From contig JAYWIR010000006.1 of the NCBI GenBank assembly GCA_036172245.1, positions 1,488,001-1,552,000 on the forward strand: a stretch of DNA of 64,000 bases. Reading direction: 5' to 3'. Shown in pieces: positions 50,351 to 63,950 of this stretch. The number at the start of each line of letters is the position of its first letter. Position 1 is the stretch's first letter. This DNA is from Raillietiella orientalis. Lineage: Eukaryota. Made by a program: the position numbers and the translations under genes. The notes below the pieces were generated by a model, which saw nothing but the letters and a program-made list of their open reading frames with translations, had not been told where the DNA came from and searched no databases.

Positions 50351-53000
50351 ATGCTCCCAGGTGATTTAGCCGTCCTGCACCTCGGGCATGCGGCTCGTCC
50401 TGGAATCACCCGAGGAGACCCTCCTCGAGGGAAGCTGCGGGGACGGTGCAGCCTAGCGGAAGTCACCTCACCGGTCGCCTCATCAGGGTGAGGGGCACTC
50501 GGGGGGAAAGAGGAAGAGAGGAGGACGGCGACCGCTGGGAGCAGACAGCGCCTCGAAACGGAAGGGTAAGCCGGAGGAGTGAGGCGAGTCCCGCTGACCA
50601 TCCGCCGAAGGTCACCCGGACGAGCAGCACACTCTGCAGTCAGGCGCGTGGCTCTCTGCAAAGCTCAACCCCTCCTCCCTTTCTCCTCTTCCTGGGGTCT
50701 CCCCGGTGGGGTTAGCCGCTGGAAGAGGGAACGCCGACCTCTTTCCCTTCCTTCCTCTTGGACCCTTCGGAGGGTCCGCGTTCTGCGAGGTTGGAGGGAG
50801 TAGCCTGCACCTGGCCCACCTCCTCGCGCCAGAGGCTTTTCGGAAAGAAGGAAGAGGGGAAGGGAGGATGCGTGACCGGCAGCACCTGCGGCCACTTCCC
50901 TGCAGAGGCGCCCCCGTCCATGAGCTGACAGCGAGCGCCAACGGCCAGCTGCAGCCTCGCGGGATTCCCCCCGGCAAACGGAGAGAGATGACCACCCGCA
51001 TTCGGCGCACCTCTCGAGGAACGATCGCAGCGAGCGGAGCGGGGGGAGGGTTTCTAGGAGGTGGATGGGGGGGGGGGAATTCTGGCGCCCACAGGAGCGA
51101 GTGGCCGCCTGTCACACCCCGCTGCCTTTTGCTGTAGGTTGCCTCCGGGCTCGGAGCCGCCCTGGTGGACCCAAAGAAAGGCCTCGAAAGCGCATGCGCG
51201 CATATCGGTTGCACGCGCCATGTGCGGAATCGGTTTCGCGCCGAAATTTTTTCCTCCATTTTTATGGTCCCCAAGCCACGCCTCCTCCGGGGCTAAGATA
51301 AATTGCAGTTATCTCTCCTTGATAAGGGAAGATTTTTCGCGACCCGGCCGGGGCAGCACTTCTTCCTTTTTTCTTCTTCCCCGAAACCGATTGGGAAATC
51401 GTGCGAAAACAGGGCGCCGGTCTCTACGGCAACTGCAGCCGCCGGATGCACTCGCGTCGGAGCGGGCCGTTTGGTTCCGGAAAGAGGAGGAGGGGGGGCA
51501 CCGAGAAGTCCCCACTCGCCCACCCCGCCAGCTCGTGCTCTCTTCCCGTTCCCCTTTTCCTCTCCCTCCCGCACCGCGGTTTCTCTCGCAGGCAGCAGGG
51601 GAGCTGGCCGGTCGCAGGGACTCCGGCACTTTCGTCCAAGACGGTAGGCAACGCAAGCAGCAGCGGACGGCGGCGATTCGTTCTTCGGGGAAAGGGTGGC
51701 AGCGTGGGTCTCCCGGTTTGCGTTCTGCGGGCGAGGAGCCCTCTAGGCCCTAGCGAAGAACCCGTGGGGTGCTCCTGCAAGGCGAACGCAGCGAGGCTTG
51801 GCAGCACTACTGCCCGCTCGGCAGAGGAAGGGGCGAAGCGCCCGCCCACTCTTCGGCCGGGCGCTCTCGCCTTGCGTTCGGCCAGTGGCGAAGGATCGAT
51901 CCCGTCGATCCCTCCTCTCCGGTCGCTGCCGGGAGAGTTCGGGATTGCTTCCCGGGCATCGGTCCCGTCCATGGAGGGGGGAACCGCAGGCGACGGACGG
52001 TTCGCCGGTTCGGAGGCGGCGCCCGCCTTCCGGAGCACCGCAGCCCGTCACGCGAGAAGCGCCCGCTGCAGCACGGGCTGCGCGGGGAACCTCGCGAGAG
52101 AGGCGCGTCGGAGAAGCGCGGAGCCCTCGCGGCCAAGGTCGCGAGGAGGCGCGCGCGTTCGTGGCGCCTTCCCGGCTTCCCCGTACTTCCGGGTTTCTTC
52201 CTGGAAGGAGGGCACTCCCCGCCCTCCTTCCAGGAAGAAGGTGCCCGGTGCCCTTCGATGAAGCGCCGGAAGGTCGGGCGCGCGCGGCGCAAGTTGCCTC
52301 CGGCAAAGGGCACCCTTCCAGACCTCACCGACGCGTCCGCTCTCTTGCTTCCCCCCCCCCCCCCTTCCCTGGTGTTCCTCTGCCGCTCGGGCGCCCGCCA
52401 GCAAGGCGCGCAAACCCTCAGCCCTCCGCATCCCGGTCCCCAGAGCCCTCAAGGACGTCCCGAAACTCGAGGAGGTCGTTCCCGGTTTGCCGGGCACCTG
52501 GGATATTGCCTCGAGCAGCGCGGATTCGCGGGAAGCAACCCCCGGCCAGGAGTCGGACTCTCCTGCCTCGTGGGCAGAGGAGCGGCCGGTCGGTCGCGGG
52601 GACTCGGGCGCTCTCGTCCAGAGGACAGCGCCTTCTCTCCCGGGAAGATTCCGAGGGAAGCTCCTCGCGCGCGCGATCGCCCTCCTTCTTCCTCTCCCAT
52701 CACTCCCTGTTCCCCTCTTCCCTGGGAACGCTACGTTCTCGAACGCAGCGCTCCCGAGACTCTCGCAACCGGTTCCCGCATCTTCCAGCCGCTCGTGGCG
52801 GCGCGCCCAGCGTTCTCCCCCTTCCTTGCCGGTTCCCAAGCGCCAGAAGAGGGAAGGAAAGCACGCACGCGCGTGCGCCTCCCGGATCGACTCCGCGACA
52901 CGACAAGCACCAATTACGGGAGGGAGGGGAAAGGGGGAGGGGGTGGGGTCGGGTGGGGGGTGGGGGGGGGGGGGAAGTGCTGGGATGTCGAACACGACGA
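50350..53000 (+). mobile_element. LINE ORF2 relic
   Basis: GGHSPPSFQEEGARCPSMK (G.LP.S...G.I.L..K), GHLGYCLEQRGF (H.FL...L...GF). Confidence 0.45.
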
Positions 53001-53499
53001 GTTCGGAACCCACGGGCGGCGGAGGAGGAGATGCGCGCGGCTGGCCCGGTTCGCCAGCAAGTGTTAATCCGCGTGCGCACGAAGGCCTCCCTCGCCCTGT
53101 CCTCCGTGCCGCCTCCAATCACGACTACCGTGCGGCGATACCATCGACTGTTGTTCCATTCAATTAACTCTTATCTCTTCACCAAATGAAGCGACGAGCT
53201 ATGAAACGTCGTCCGAGCTTCTCGTGTCCGAAGCCAGCAAGAAAAAAAAGAGAGAAAGAAAGAAAAGAAGAAGGAGATGAAAAAAAAAAAAAAAATAATA
53301 AATAAATAAAAGAAAGGCAGGGCCCGTTTTCGCGACGTCGGTGCGCCTCTCGTGAGGCGCTCGCGTCTCCTTCCTCGTCTGCGGATGACTCCGAGCGACA
53401 CCGGACACCAGCTTTCTGCAGTGGTACCAAACCAAAAAAAAAACAAAAAAAAACAAAAACAAAAAAAAGGAAAGAAAAAGAAAAAGAAACGAAAAAAAG

Positions 53500-54800
53500 A
53501 AGGGGGAGGAGGAGGTGGGGATTTATTATGTCGCATCTGACTCCAAAGTTACGACCCTGGTGGGAAAACAGCTCTCTTGACCCTTCTTAACAACATCTGC
53601 CTAATCTAAAATGAATAAATGTTTAAATTTGGGAAATAAATAATTCATCAGGCAGCTGCGATCGGCGGAGCACCGTCGGACGGACGACGCGGGAGTGAAC
53701 GAGGTCTCGGGAGGCGGAGTGGTTCGGTTTCTGGTGGGAGAAACGGCGGAGGTCGCCGCGATCCCGAAGGAACCCGCCGCCACCTTGGGAACACCTCGGC
53801 GATCTGGAAAGCCCCGTCGAAACAGGAAGGGAAGGGGGCCGGGCAGCGGCAGCCGCAGTTCCCCTCCTGCTGATCCCGAACGTCCCGTGCTTCCGTCGGA
53901 GAGGAGAGCAGCGGGCGTCACTGGAAATCCGAGGCAGGGTACCCGTCGTCGTGTGTTTTTCCTCACATCTTCCCTGGAGTAGAAAGAGTAAACAAGCGGT
54001 TGGGAGAGGCGGTTGGGGGAGGCAGCGGGAGGGAAGGGAGGGGAGAGGAAGGGGGGCAGAGTTGAATTCCAAGACGCCGACGAAGAAGCGGCGGGAAGAG
54101 AGAGCGAAGGAACGCATGTGCGCTGAAGCTGCTGGGTGGACGCTGACGACGCGCTCCTTTCCTCTCGGAAGCGGAAGTGCAAATCGCGATTCGCTCGCGA
54201 AGGAACAACCAGCTTTCTCGCGCATCCATTATTCCCATGCAACAGCACTGTTTGCCTGCGAGGAGGAAGAGACACTGTTAACCCGGAAGCGCTCGCGTTT
54301 GTTTAAGGATTGATGCAGCTCGTTCTTTCCGGGGCGCTAATCATCTCACCCTGCCAACCGCCCGTTCTTCGGCTCAGGAATGAAAACAAATTAAATGCAT
54401 TAATTAATAAATTTCCTCCAGTAAACAACTCCCGACTTCCAATTAGAAGTTAGGGAACAAAGTGGCAGCTGGCGTCACGTGCCACTCCTACGGCTCGATG
54501 CAGCAGGTCTCGCAGGGTGCATAAACGCCGAGGTTTCCTGGAGATTCCACGCTGCTCGTATCGCTCTCTTGCAGAGTCTCTTCTCGACGAGGAGGACACG
54601 GGGGGGGGGGGGGAGAAGAGTGAAAAAAAAAAAAAAAAAAATCTGTTCCAAACAGCCAGCAGCATCCTCCGACTTTCGACGTTCACGTCCGTCATGACGG
54701 GGAGGGGAGAAAATTTCTTTCCAATCTGTTTCTCTCAATGTGGACACTTTAATTCCCCGTCGACATCCGCCTGCGGAGGCCGAGGTGCGTTGCGGGTGAC
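53500..54800 (+). mobile_element. Crypton-type (DUF3504-like) tyrosine recombinase relic
   Basis: Ordered motifs: LLCRI..DPGGK..LTLLNNI, KQEGKG, RRVFFL, RAKE (RG.E), INKFPP..RL...KW, SILRLSTFTSVM..G...CGHFNS (HSLR.T..T.L...G...GH.S). Confidence 0.5.
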
Positions 54801-54999
54801 CACCATCTCGGATGGTTTGTTGCGCCTCGTTGAATTGGATGGCCTCGAAGGAGAAGACGGAAAGCCGCACAAACTCATTTCGCACCACTGGCGGACTCGA
54901 CAAGAGGACGAGGGACGGCGCGTTCCAAGACAGAGAGGGTGGGAAGCGATTCCTTGGTTCCCGCTCTGCGGCGACCGTGCTTCCACCTGCTCGCAAGAG

Positions 55000-56300
55000 G
55001 CGGAATGATGGAGGAGCAGGGAAGAACGATAACGGAGGGTCCTTGAAAAAACGTTGGGTGGATCGAAAGGAAATTCACGGACCATAAAGTCGCAACGCTT
55101 CTCAGGAAGCGAAAAAGCCAGAGACGAAAATCCGAGTCTTCCGTGAGGAACGCGTGACGTAAGCAACGCGTGCAGGTGCTCTGGAAACACGGGGCACTGC
55201 AGCAAACCAGCGAAGGATCCAAGCAGAGCAGCCCCTTGTGCCAGTCAGGGCTGGGAAAATGAGGATGCAGGGGGATGAGCGAGGGCAAGAGCGTACGGAG
55301 CTGCGGTGGACAATCCCTGTCTACGAGGGCTTCCGGAGACGCGCTGGCGGAGAAGAGGCGGCGAAGCAACCCAGGGCCAGGTTCTGACCAAAATTTTAGG
55401 ATCAATGGAGAGGAAGGGAGGTCGAAGAGAAGGCTAAAGGGTCGAAGAGGGGTTTCGTTTTCCGGCGTAGCCGGAGGGGGCCACCAGCGACATCGAAGGC
55501 ACTCGAGCTGCAGGTAGGTGCACGTCCTGCAGAAGAGAAAGGACAGCCGCGGAGACTCCACGTTTGATGCACCCACAAAGAAGAAAATCCCCTCCCCCCT
55601 CCCTGCTCGCGATCCAACTCGAGGCAGCACGGTCCTCCCTTGCCACGAAACACTTGGATCAAGGGAAGGTCATGCCCAGCATCGTGCTTCAGGGCATTTT
55701 CCATTCACATTCGCTCGATTTGCAAACTGCTGATTTATTCAGGCAGTGCCACTCAGTCTGCCGCCCGAGCGGACATCGCCTACCAGGGCGGGGGCCGATT
55801 GCATGTGTGCAGGAGGTGAGTCGTGAGGCATAGACGGTCAACAAGGAAAGGACGTGAAGAAGAAGACTGGTAGTCCAAGGGGGGGAGGGGAGAGGACTAC
55901 CCCGAACATTCAGCCTCCGACCAGCCGGTTCCAGGAACGGAGTGGCAGCCGAAGCGTTCCAGGGGGAAGGAAAGGTGGTTCTGCTGGGCGTCGCTTGTTG
56001 AGCAGCGAAGAGGCAAGACGGAAGATGAGCGCGCGGGAGCCAAATTTTGGCTCCAAGGGGCGAATGCGGAGGGCGGCGAACTGACGGGGGAGGGAGGGAG
56101 TACAAGAGCCTTCGGGCGAGGCAGGCGGAGATCGTCGGAGGTGGAGTGGTGGTGTTTCTTGGACGCGTGCCGGAAGCGTCGGAGCGTTCGCCTCCCATCC
56201 GAGGCTGAGAAGAAGACGCTGGAGTTCCGCACCCTTCGTTGTGCCCGCACAACCGTTCTCAAGCACGGACGGATGCGGGTGGAGCTGATCCCCTCATCCC
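55000..56300 (-). mobile_element. LINE APE-RT relic
   Basis: GHDLPL (SDH.P), LPSSPLILKFWSEPGPGLLRRLF (LP.EF...FW...GP.L...F). Confidence 0.45.
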
Positions 56301-56479
56301 AACCATGGTGATGGTCCGAAACTCTTCGATTTCTTGCCAACAGCAAAGCGAATCCGCTCGCTTTCCTCCTCTTGGTTTCTTTTCCTTTTTTTTTTTTTCC
56401 TCCTCCTCCTTCTTTTTTCCCCCGAAACATGTCGAGTATATCTGGAAAAAATAAAATAAAATAAAATAAAATAAATACA

Positions 56480-59200
56480 TAAGCCGTAGGGGAGCGCGCT
56501 GCCGCCGTGGCAAAATGGTCTCCTCGTCGAGGAGCGATTAACGGGAGTGGGGCTTTCGTTTCATGCAATTTCGAGAGTTCTCCCAGAGATGGATTGCCTT
56601 CCCGTGCGCTATCTGTTCATCTGGACAAGAGTGAATTCCTGGCTGCGATTCATTCGATCGCGTGCTTTCCTGCAGGAGGCTGGCGACTGCTTTCCATCTG
56701 CAGGAAGTGAAAGGAGGCAGCTGCTGCGGAAGATATTCAAATGATAAGCGTGGCAGCGAATCGATACGGTGCCGCCTCTGGAGCGAAGGGCGTGTCTCGG
56801 GCAAACGGCTGCCGCCGCTCACCGAAACGCCGCAGCGCCGCTGGGGGAGGTCTGCGGGCGAAACTCTCCCTCTCCCCTCCCCCTCTCCCTCTCTTTCTCT
56901 CTCTCCGCCCCGGCAGACCAAGAGCAGCAAGGCGCCATCCCGAGCGTAGGTGAAGACGCCCTCGCGGTAGGCGCGCGGAAGGGCCTAGCGAGTGTGAACC
57001 AGACGACCTCAGCTTCGTTAAGACTCAGGCCTGTCGGGCGTGCAAGAGGCGGTAGAAGGGGGTGGGGATTCCAGCATGCGAGTTTCCGGGATGCGAAGGA
57101 GGGTGGCATCTGTTGGCGCGAGAAGCAGCTAACCCACGGACTTCTGCTTTCGCTCCTTCCTTCCAGCTTCCCCTTTTTTTGGTTCTCAAGGGGTGCTGAA
57201 GAACCGTTCGCCTCCTTAGGAAGGGGGATGGGAGCTGGCAAAGCTTTTCGACACTGCCCATGAGTCACCCGAGGGTACGTGTCACTCTTCAATTTAGGGG
57301 ATAACCCAGTGAATCCAAGAAGGCTCCGGTGAAAGCAGTCCGTTGCTCTCTTACGCTTAAGGAAGGGGTGGGTGGGTGGGTGGAACCCCGGAGGGAACCT
57401 CTTCCTTGTTTTCTCAGGAGGGACCCCCGGATTGTGGAGGTCGATCCTTGTTTCTTCTCCGAAGGGAACCCGCAAGGGAACCTCTGAAGAGAATCCCGAA
57501 GGGACGCTTCCCAGTTTCTCGGAAGGGTCGCTCCTCGAAGGGAGCAGCGCGCTCCTTGACAATCTGGAGAGGAAACCCCCCAAGGGGGGCATCAACCAGA
57601 TTCATGGCCACGGTTCCGTTTGCACCCCTGGAGACTCTTTGATTCCGGAGGGTCGACTTTCAATCTCGGCCAGTCAGCGGGCGCATCCGGTTTCCGGCTG
57701 CTTCCACCGGTGCCGCAACCGAAGCAAACCGAGGCCAGCCAGCGCCATCCTGCCGGGGGGACTCGAAATCCACAACGCACCCGTCATTCTCGTCGTTAGT
57801 CCTCCGCGTGGAGATTCGAGCCCGCAACGCTCCGTGCCACGCACGCGGAGACCGCCGCAGCCACAAGGGACTGCCAAGGAGGGCCTCTGCAGCGAAGAGA
57901 CGGGCAGGAAGTGGCAAAAGGTCAAGTGCGCGCGGTGCGGAAGAGGATCTGAGCCTCCTGCCGTTCTCCCTGCTCCCCTCTCTGATTCGCAAAACTTCCT
58001 CAAGGACCGCAGGATCCCCTTTTGCAGGAGAGCGGGATGGCGGCAGAGTCCTGCCGGCAAGACGCCGCGTAGCTCTTCCTGCAGGTGCGAAAGGCCAAAC
58101 CCTCAGGGTCGGGCTGCTCGCCTGCTACCCGGAGGCTGTTCCTTTCTTCCCGTGGAAAACTCTCAGAAGCCGAGAAGAATCGCGAGCGCGGAGGGAGGGA
58201 CTGCCTGCTCCGAGGGAACCTCGCCGGCGACTTCGCGGACACGCGCAACTGCCAGGAGCTGCGTCCCAGCGGGTTTCCTCCGAGGTCTCAGGAATGCCAA
58301 GGAGGCGCTGGACGGGCTCCGTCGCTGCGCCCTGCACAGGAAAAAGCTGGAGCGGGGGGGAGTTCGAGGGAGAGGACCGGATGTGAGCTCTGAAGCGCTC
58401 GGGAGCTCGGAGAAGGGTTCCGAAGAAGAGCTCTTCACCCGCGAGCCGGCTGTGCGCGTGCTCACGAAACAAAAAGGGCCTTCCGCCGGTCTGGACGGGG
58501 CAGAACTCGCGCGGAGAAAGACGTTCGGTAGGATCTGCTCGCTATGTTTCTCCGCGTGAGTCTGCCATGTCGGGTTACCCTCAGGCAGCCACCGAGCGCG
58601 GGAGTTCTATAGCGCGGGGATTCGCGCCACGTTAGCCTTTTCGGTGGGCTGCGTTGGCTTCGCGCTAAAGAAAGCGGCAACAGCAGCGGAGGAATCCTTG
58701 CGTCCGTAGGAACTCGTCTTTTCGGACCGATCCCTCGAGACCGCTTGAGATTTTCTCGCCGCTCTCCAGGCTGGGCAGCCTTAGTGCTCGCCGATTCTGG
58801 AAGTGAACGTGGCCACCGGTCGAGGGTGGCGGTGGCGAATGTTCCGGATGAATGAGATGTGAGATCGCTCGATGGAGGACTAGGGGAGCAGTAATGAGAG
58901 CGAATGCAGCTGGAGATGCGGATGTTCCAAGTGGTGACACAGCCGCAGCAAGGGTTGTAGAGCACGAGAGGTGCTCCAAAGAGCGTTCGCGGCTCGTCCT
59001 CGGCATTTCCGCACCCCTCTTTCTCTACGCTTGCTACTACACCTCCCTTCCCCCATCCCGACGACCGCCTGCGCCTGGCCGATGCCCTCGGCAGGAAAGG
59101 AAGGGAAGGAGCGGCGTCTCCCGTTCGATAAACTTTTGGAGCTTCGTGGCATCTTGGGACCACCACCACCAGGTTGGCGAGAAGGGAGAAGATCGCTCTG
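56480..59200 (-). mobile_element. LINE RT relic; the + strand ORF 57372-58559 is its antisense shadow
   Basis: VVDFESPRQDGAGW (D.EKA.D.V.W), SLQGCK (RQGC), TGLSPKLKS, TYPRVTHG (YLGV..G). Confidence 0.6.
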
Positions 59201-59799
59201 TCTTCCTCACGGACCACGCTCTTTCCTGAATTCCCTTCCATGCGCCCTGGGTTTACTCATGAGGCACGAAGCAGGATGACGCGTTCCTGCACGACCTTCC
59301 CAGAACGGACGGAGGTGTGGCCTTCAGAAGGGAGGTTTCCCTAGAGCAAGTGTTGCTTCCTCTGGGAAGAAGGAAGCTAGCAGCAGCACCCGCGGAAGGA
59401 GCGTCTGGATCTGCCTCTACCGGAAGTGGTGGCATAAAGTTCTCTGCCGTCCTTTCTCTCCAAGACGTGCGCACGCTCGTCGCCGGTTCGCTCGGGACCC
59501 GCGTTCGCAAAGCGCAGCTTCTGGACCGACGCTGTTCGGCCACAGCGGTCTCCTCTTCTGCAGCGTCTGGCATCTGCCTTTTCGCTCGTTTCGCTGGTGG
59601 GGATCGACAAGAAGGCCGGGAAAACGCGGCGCCAGGCTTCGAGACCTCCGCCTCTGCGACTCTGCTTGTGCACTGCCCGTGTTTTCTCGTGTGTTTTCCT
59701 CGAAGGACGCGCAATGAGCCAAGCTGCAGAGCGGATTCGGACGTGCCCGTTACACTGGCTGAGCGGCCGCCCTTCCGCCCTGCCTGGGAGCTCCTATCG

Positions 59800-60480
59800 C
59801 TCCGACGTCTGGAGTCCGCCTCGTAGCCTCTTAAACAAAACTGCAGTGAATGGCGTGTTGCCCGCGTCTTCCCGCTTACCTTTACGAGCAGCAACCGTGG
59901 CTGTGGATGTCTTTGGAGGCGTTCTTCCCTGACTGGGAGGTTGGACTTCCGGCTGCTGCTGCCCCCCGACAGCATGCGGCCGTGTTCGTTGCCCACTTCG
60001 CGCTCCTGCGGCCAAACCCGCCTCCAGCATTCCTTCACCGCCATCCCGATCTTGAAAGATATGAAAAGCATCGCACCAGCCTCGAAAGCCTGCTACCTCC
60101 TTCCGCCACATCCAGCCCGCGGCTGCAGCTCCCACCGCGCACAGCAAAAGTGCTTTCTTCGATGGCATTGTTTGTTCTGAAGACGTCTGAAGCGATCGAC
60201 CCTGCAAGAAACTTTCTTTTCTTAAAAAAAAAAAAAACTCCCGAATGGAGAGGTGGGTGGTGGACCCGAACTGGCAACTGCTTTCGGTCCAAAGATTCCA
60301 TCTTCGAAAGTGGCCTGCCGGCCGCCTTTGAGCCACAACCATGTCATCCAGTCATCGTCAATAGCAACGAGACGGCAACAACATGACGTAAAACAATCGT
60401 ATCGAAACACTCGTAGCAACAGTACCTCGGCGACACCTGTTGAACCTTTGCGCGAAATGTTCCCAAATGCTTTGTAAGTA
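59800..60480 (-). mobile_element. Probable PIF/Harbinger transposase relic
   Basis: WEHFAQRF, VVAVSL, GIFG, AGFRGWCDAFHI (GFPG....DG.H), VSGKTRATR..FCL (HS..R...E..FG.L). Confidence 0.35.
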
Positions 60481-60499
60481 AGAAGAGTGTGTAGATCCA

Positions 60500-63400
60500 G
60501 AGAGAGGGAAGTCCAACGAAGAAGGGGAACTTGGAGAGGTCAGGCGGGAAGAGGGCAATGAAGGATGTACAAGGAGTACATCCTTCATTGCCCTGTCCTT
60601 CGACGAAGTACAAGGATCCCGGCACTTCGGCTCATGGCACCAGCTGCTCCTGCCGGATGGTTCCTCCAGTCGTGCGGTCACAGAGGTGTGCTCTTTTCTC
60701 CACCCAGAATGGCGTCACTTCACAGCGTTGGCATTTCTCTGTCGCAGTCAAGGCTTGCTACGGCTACGAGATGCGTCTTCCCCTCCTTCCTCCCTCCTTT
60801 CCGGACGACGGTCGTTCCCGAATCGGGAGCGCGAAGACGCTGCTGCGAGAGAGTTCCTGAGAAATTCTCCGAATCTTCCGATGCAGTGACCTGAGTTCCT
60901 TCTTGCCCCCTGTCCTCGGGCTCCAAGGATTGCGCTGCTCGAGGCCACGCTGCAGTTTTCCGGTGGCTGCAGCTATCCCGGTTCCTGTCGGCGAAGAAGT
61001 CCGCTGTCGGATGCATCCTCCCGTGAACCTCGTGAGAACAGTCCCATTCTTCCTGTAGCTTCGGGCTTGGGGGTGTCGTTTAGGACCTCGGGATGGACGT
61101 CCATCCGGTGGAATCCTCGCGAGCCAAATGCCGCCCGTTTCTCAAACCTTGTCGCATGAGGATGGCGCCGAGCCGGCACCATTCGCATGCGCCTCCTTAC
61201 GCGGTCCGGTAGACGCGGAGATATTGCGGGGGAAGGTCAGGGGCGAGCGGGGAAAACCTGAAATGCCTCCTCGAGGAAGGGCAGGGGGAAGGAGCAGGCC
61301 CCGGACAAAGGAGAGGAGGAAAATTTCGCGGAGGGAAGCTGTCACCAAAGTACCGATTTGTCTTTCCTAATAGCGTGACGAACAAAGCTGTAGGCAGATA
61401 AGCCGTTGTGCGGGAGAACGCGAGATCGCAGATACGGGGGGGCCAAGGGCGCGGAAGGGGGCGCTCGCGGTGTCGTTGAAAAGGGGTAAGCAGGCAGGCA
61501 GAGTGAAGCGAGCCAGTAGGTGACGTTTCGGAAGGGTGAGTGGGTGGGCGGGAAAGGGATGAAGGGGGGGGGGAGGGGGACAGCTGCCTGGTTCCGACAA
61601 GAGAGGACAGGCGTTTCGTTCGTGGAGATGAAAGGAGAGAGCGCTGGATCTTCGTTTCCAGCATAACCTGCAGGGGGAGGGGGGGCATCGAAAAAAAGAG
61701 AACACGGCCGAGGTGGCCGCCCCTCAGATGCAGAAAACCGTTGGGGTGGTCGAGAGAAGTTTCCTCATGAGTTGGAACGGGAGATTCCCAGCCTCCGGCA
61801 GGCGCGATCACGGGAGGGGGAGGGGGGGGGAGAGAACAGGGATTCCGGGAGAAGTCGAAATCTGTTGAGGGTTAGCAACGGCAGCAGATGCCAGCGCGAA
61901 AGTGGGATGTTTACAGAAAACCCATCCTCTCGCTCTCCCGTAATCCATTTACCCTGGATGCGGCAGAGCCAAATGACAAACGGGGAGCGCGTGAAGCCTC
62001 AACGGGAGTACCCAGAAGGGGAGGTGAAGCGCTCGCCTGGTGGATATGCTCACGACGGTAGCCCGGAGTTCCCGCCGTCCCGGAAGAAAAATCCCCCTGG
62101 GCTGGCGGGTTGCCTCCGAGGCTCCGTCGTTCCAACGGTATGGGTCTGTGTGTCGCAAGTGATCCAGAGGTGAGCTCAGGGGGAGCTGCTGCTGCGGTTC
62201 CTCCGCATCCCGCTCTCAGTCCGCGCCTGCAGGGGAGGTGCGGTGGCGACGCGCGCGCGGACGTCCTCGAAGGGGCCGGGGGCACAGGGAAACAATAGGT
62301 GGGCGAGTGCCGATTCTCCATGCAGCCCGAAGACCGGAGGAGGAGGGTTCCTCCCCCCCCCTCCCTCTCGTGATGGTAGAACAAAGCCCGATTGAATGCC
62401 CGACGGCGAATCCAATGTTCCTCTTCTCTCCCCCTTCCCTTCCCTCTCCCCTTTCAGTGACTGAAGGTAAGGGAAGAGCAGGTCCAAGAACTCGAGCGGG
62501 AACGAAATCAAAAAAAAGACAGAAAATCCAAGGTCGACGCCTCTTCAGCGAAGATTCGGCTGTGAGTTGTCGCGCGGAGCAACCCAGTACAAGAAGGGGC
62601 AATCCCTTGACAACGAGAAAGACGGGACGTGAGAAAAAGGAGAGATCTGACGCTGGCAAACAGCACCGGCGGACGCCGGTCTTCGTCCCAGGGAGCAAAA
62701 AAAGTTCCTGCCTCTCCCTCCAGGAGGTTGGCTCTGGGAGCTCCCCTGTGGTTCGTGGATTCCGAACAAAACGACTAGCTGCCGCCGCCTCGAAGCCGCA
62801 TCCAATCTTCGGCTCCCGGAGCTCGTGGAGGAAGGCAGCAGCAGAGGAACCGAAGAGCACATGGACCACGAGAAGGGCCAGTGCTTCTCTCACAAAGCTC
62901 TAAAGCCGAGAGCCGTTCGCGTGTCACGTGGATCATTGGGAAGGCGTCTAATTCCAGCCTCGCGCCGCCTGTGCAGTCTGCTCGAAAGTTGCCCATCCTG
63001 TCCGTCCACTTCGTGGCCAAACTTCGTGGTCCAGCTGGAGACTCTTTCATAGCAACCAGGAACTCGAGCATCTCGTGAGGCACGTAGGTTCCCCTTCTGG
63101 AAGGGAGCGAATCGTCCGAACGCGCAGCCCTCGTCGCGTGCCCATCGCCTTCGGCGGAAGCTTTCAGGAACCCAGAGAGAAATCGGCCAGGACCACACTC
63201 CTCAGGGGAAGGGGTACATACAGGCACCCTCCGCAGATCCCAGAGAAAGCCCATCTCTCCGGAAGCGACGCTCCTCCACGGGAGGTTCGCTGGTTTGCAT
63301 CATGAAACACGTGGAAGATTCCCAGGAACTGGAACGACTCCGGAGCCGCCTGTCGGCAGCGTGCTTCCTTTCTCATCTCGGATTGACGGGCCATGCATTT

Positions 63401-63950
63401 AAAGCAGATAAATAAATCCAAAAAGTTCGCAGACACGTAAGAAGAACGAGGGGAAAACATTCCCATCATTTTTGGAACCTTCTTCGACTGTGGTTCAATC
63501 TACGTGCTTCTTCAGCTGGAGAACGCAGTTGTTCGGACTGGAGCTTGTCCTCGAGGTTCGACCCTGCTCCTTTCACAGTCGTGCAGTGCTGACCCCCACG
63601 CAGCAGAATAGCGGGGGGGGGGGAAACGGAAGAGGGACGTCCCATTCAGGGTGTGCGGGCGGAAGTTCGCCGTCGAGGTTCGAACCTGAGTCCTCGGGAT
63701 TCGATGCCGGGTCTACGTACTACGAACTCAGCACCGGCTCTGTCCGCCTCCTCCTTCCAGAATGGATGGAACAACCAGAGTTCCTCGTTGGTAGACCCAC
63801 CTCGATCTTGACCGAGAGGCCGAGGAGGGACACCCATCAACAGAAACCTCTGAGTTTCCCCCAAATCGATCGCCCTCCTGTGAATCAAGCTGCTGGCCGA
63901 TCTTCCAGTCGCTCCCGGTTTCAAGCGGGTGCACCCGGTGGCTGCGTCCC
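60500..63950 (-). mobile_element. Decayed LINE ORF2, near full length
   Basis: NFLDLFI (APE S.LD.F), VTRERLSALELCERSTGP (T..EL..AL....SPG), LRGGHLGRVLFF, DFFAD..AAW..PEDRG. Confidence 0.5.

Noticed and set aside
51769..53189. Overlapping 432-463 aa ORFs, and similar long ORFs at 40927-42135, 57372-58559 and 12408-13511, as genes
   Set aside because: Arg/Pro/Gly/Ser-rich translations open in several frames at once, typical of GC-rich DNA; the real motifs are frameshifted TE remnants
53600..54990. Minus-strand reading of the tyrosine recombinase (RNEFVRL..., NHSASR)
   Set aside because: The plus strand gives a longer, correctly ordered motif series; the minus-strand matches are probably coincidental
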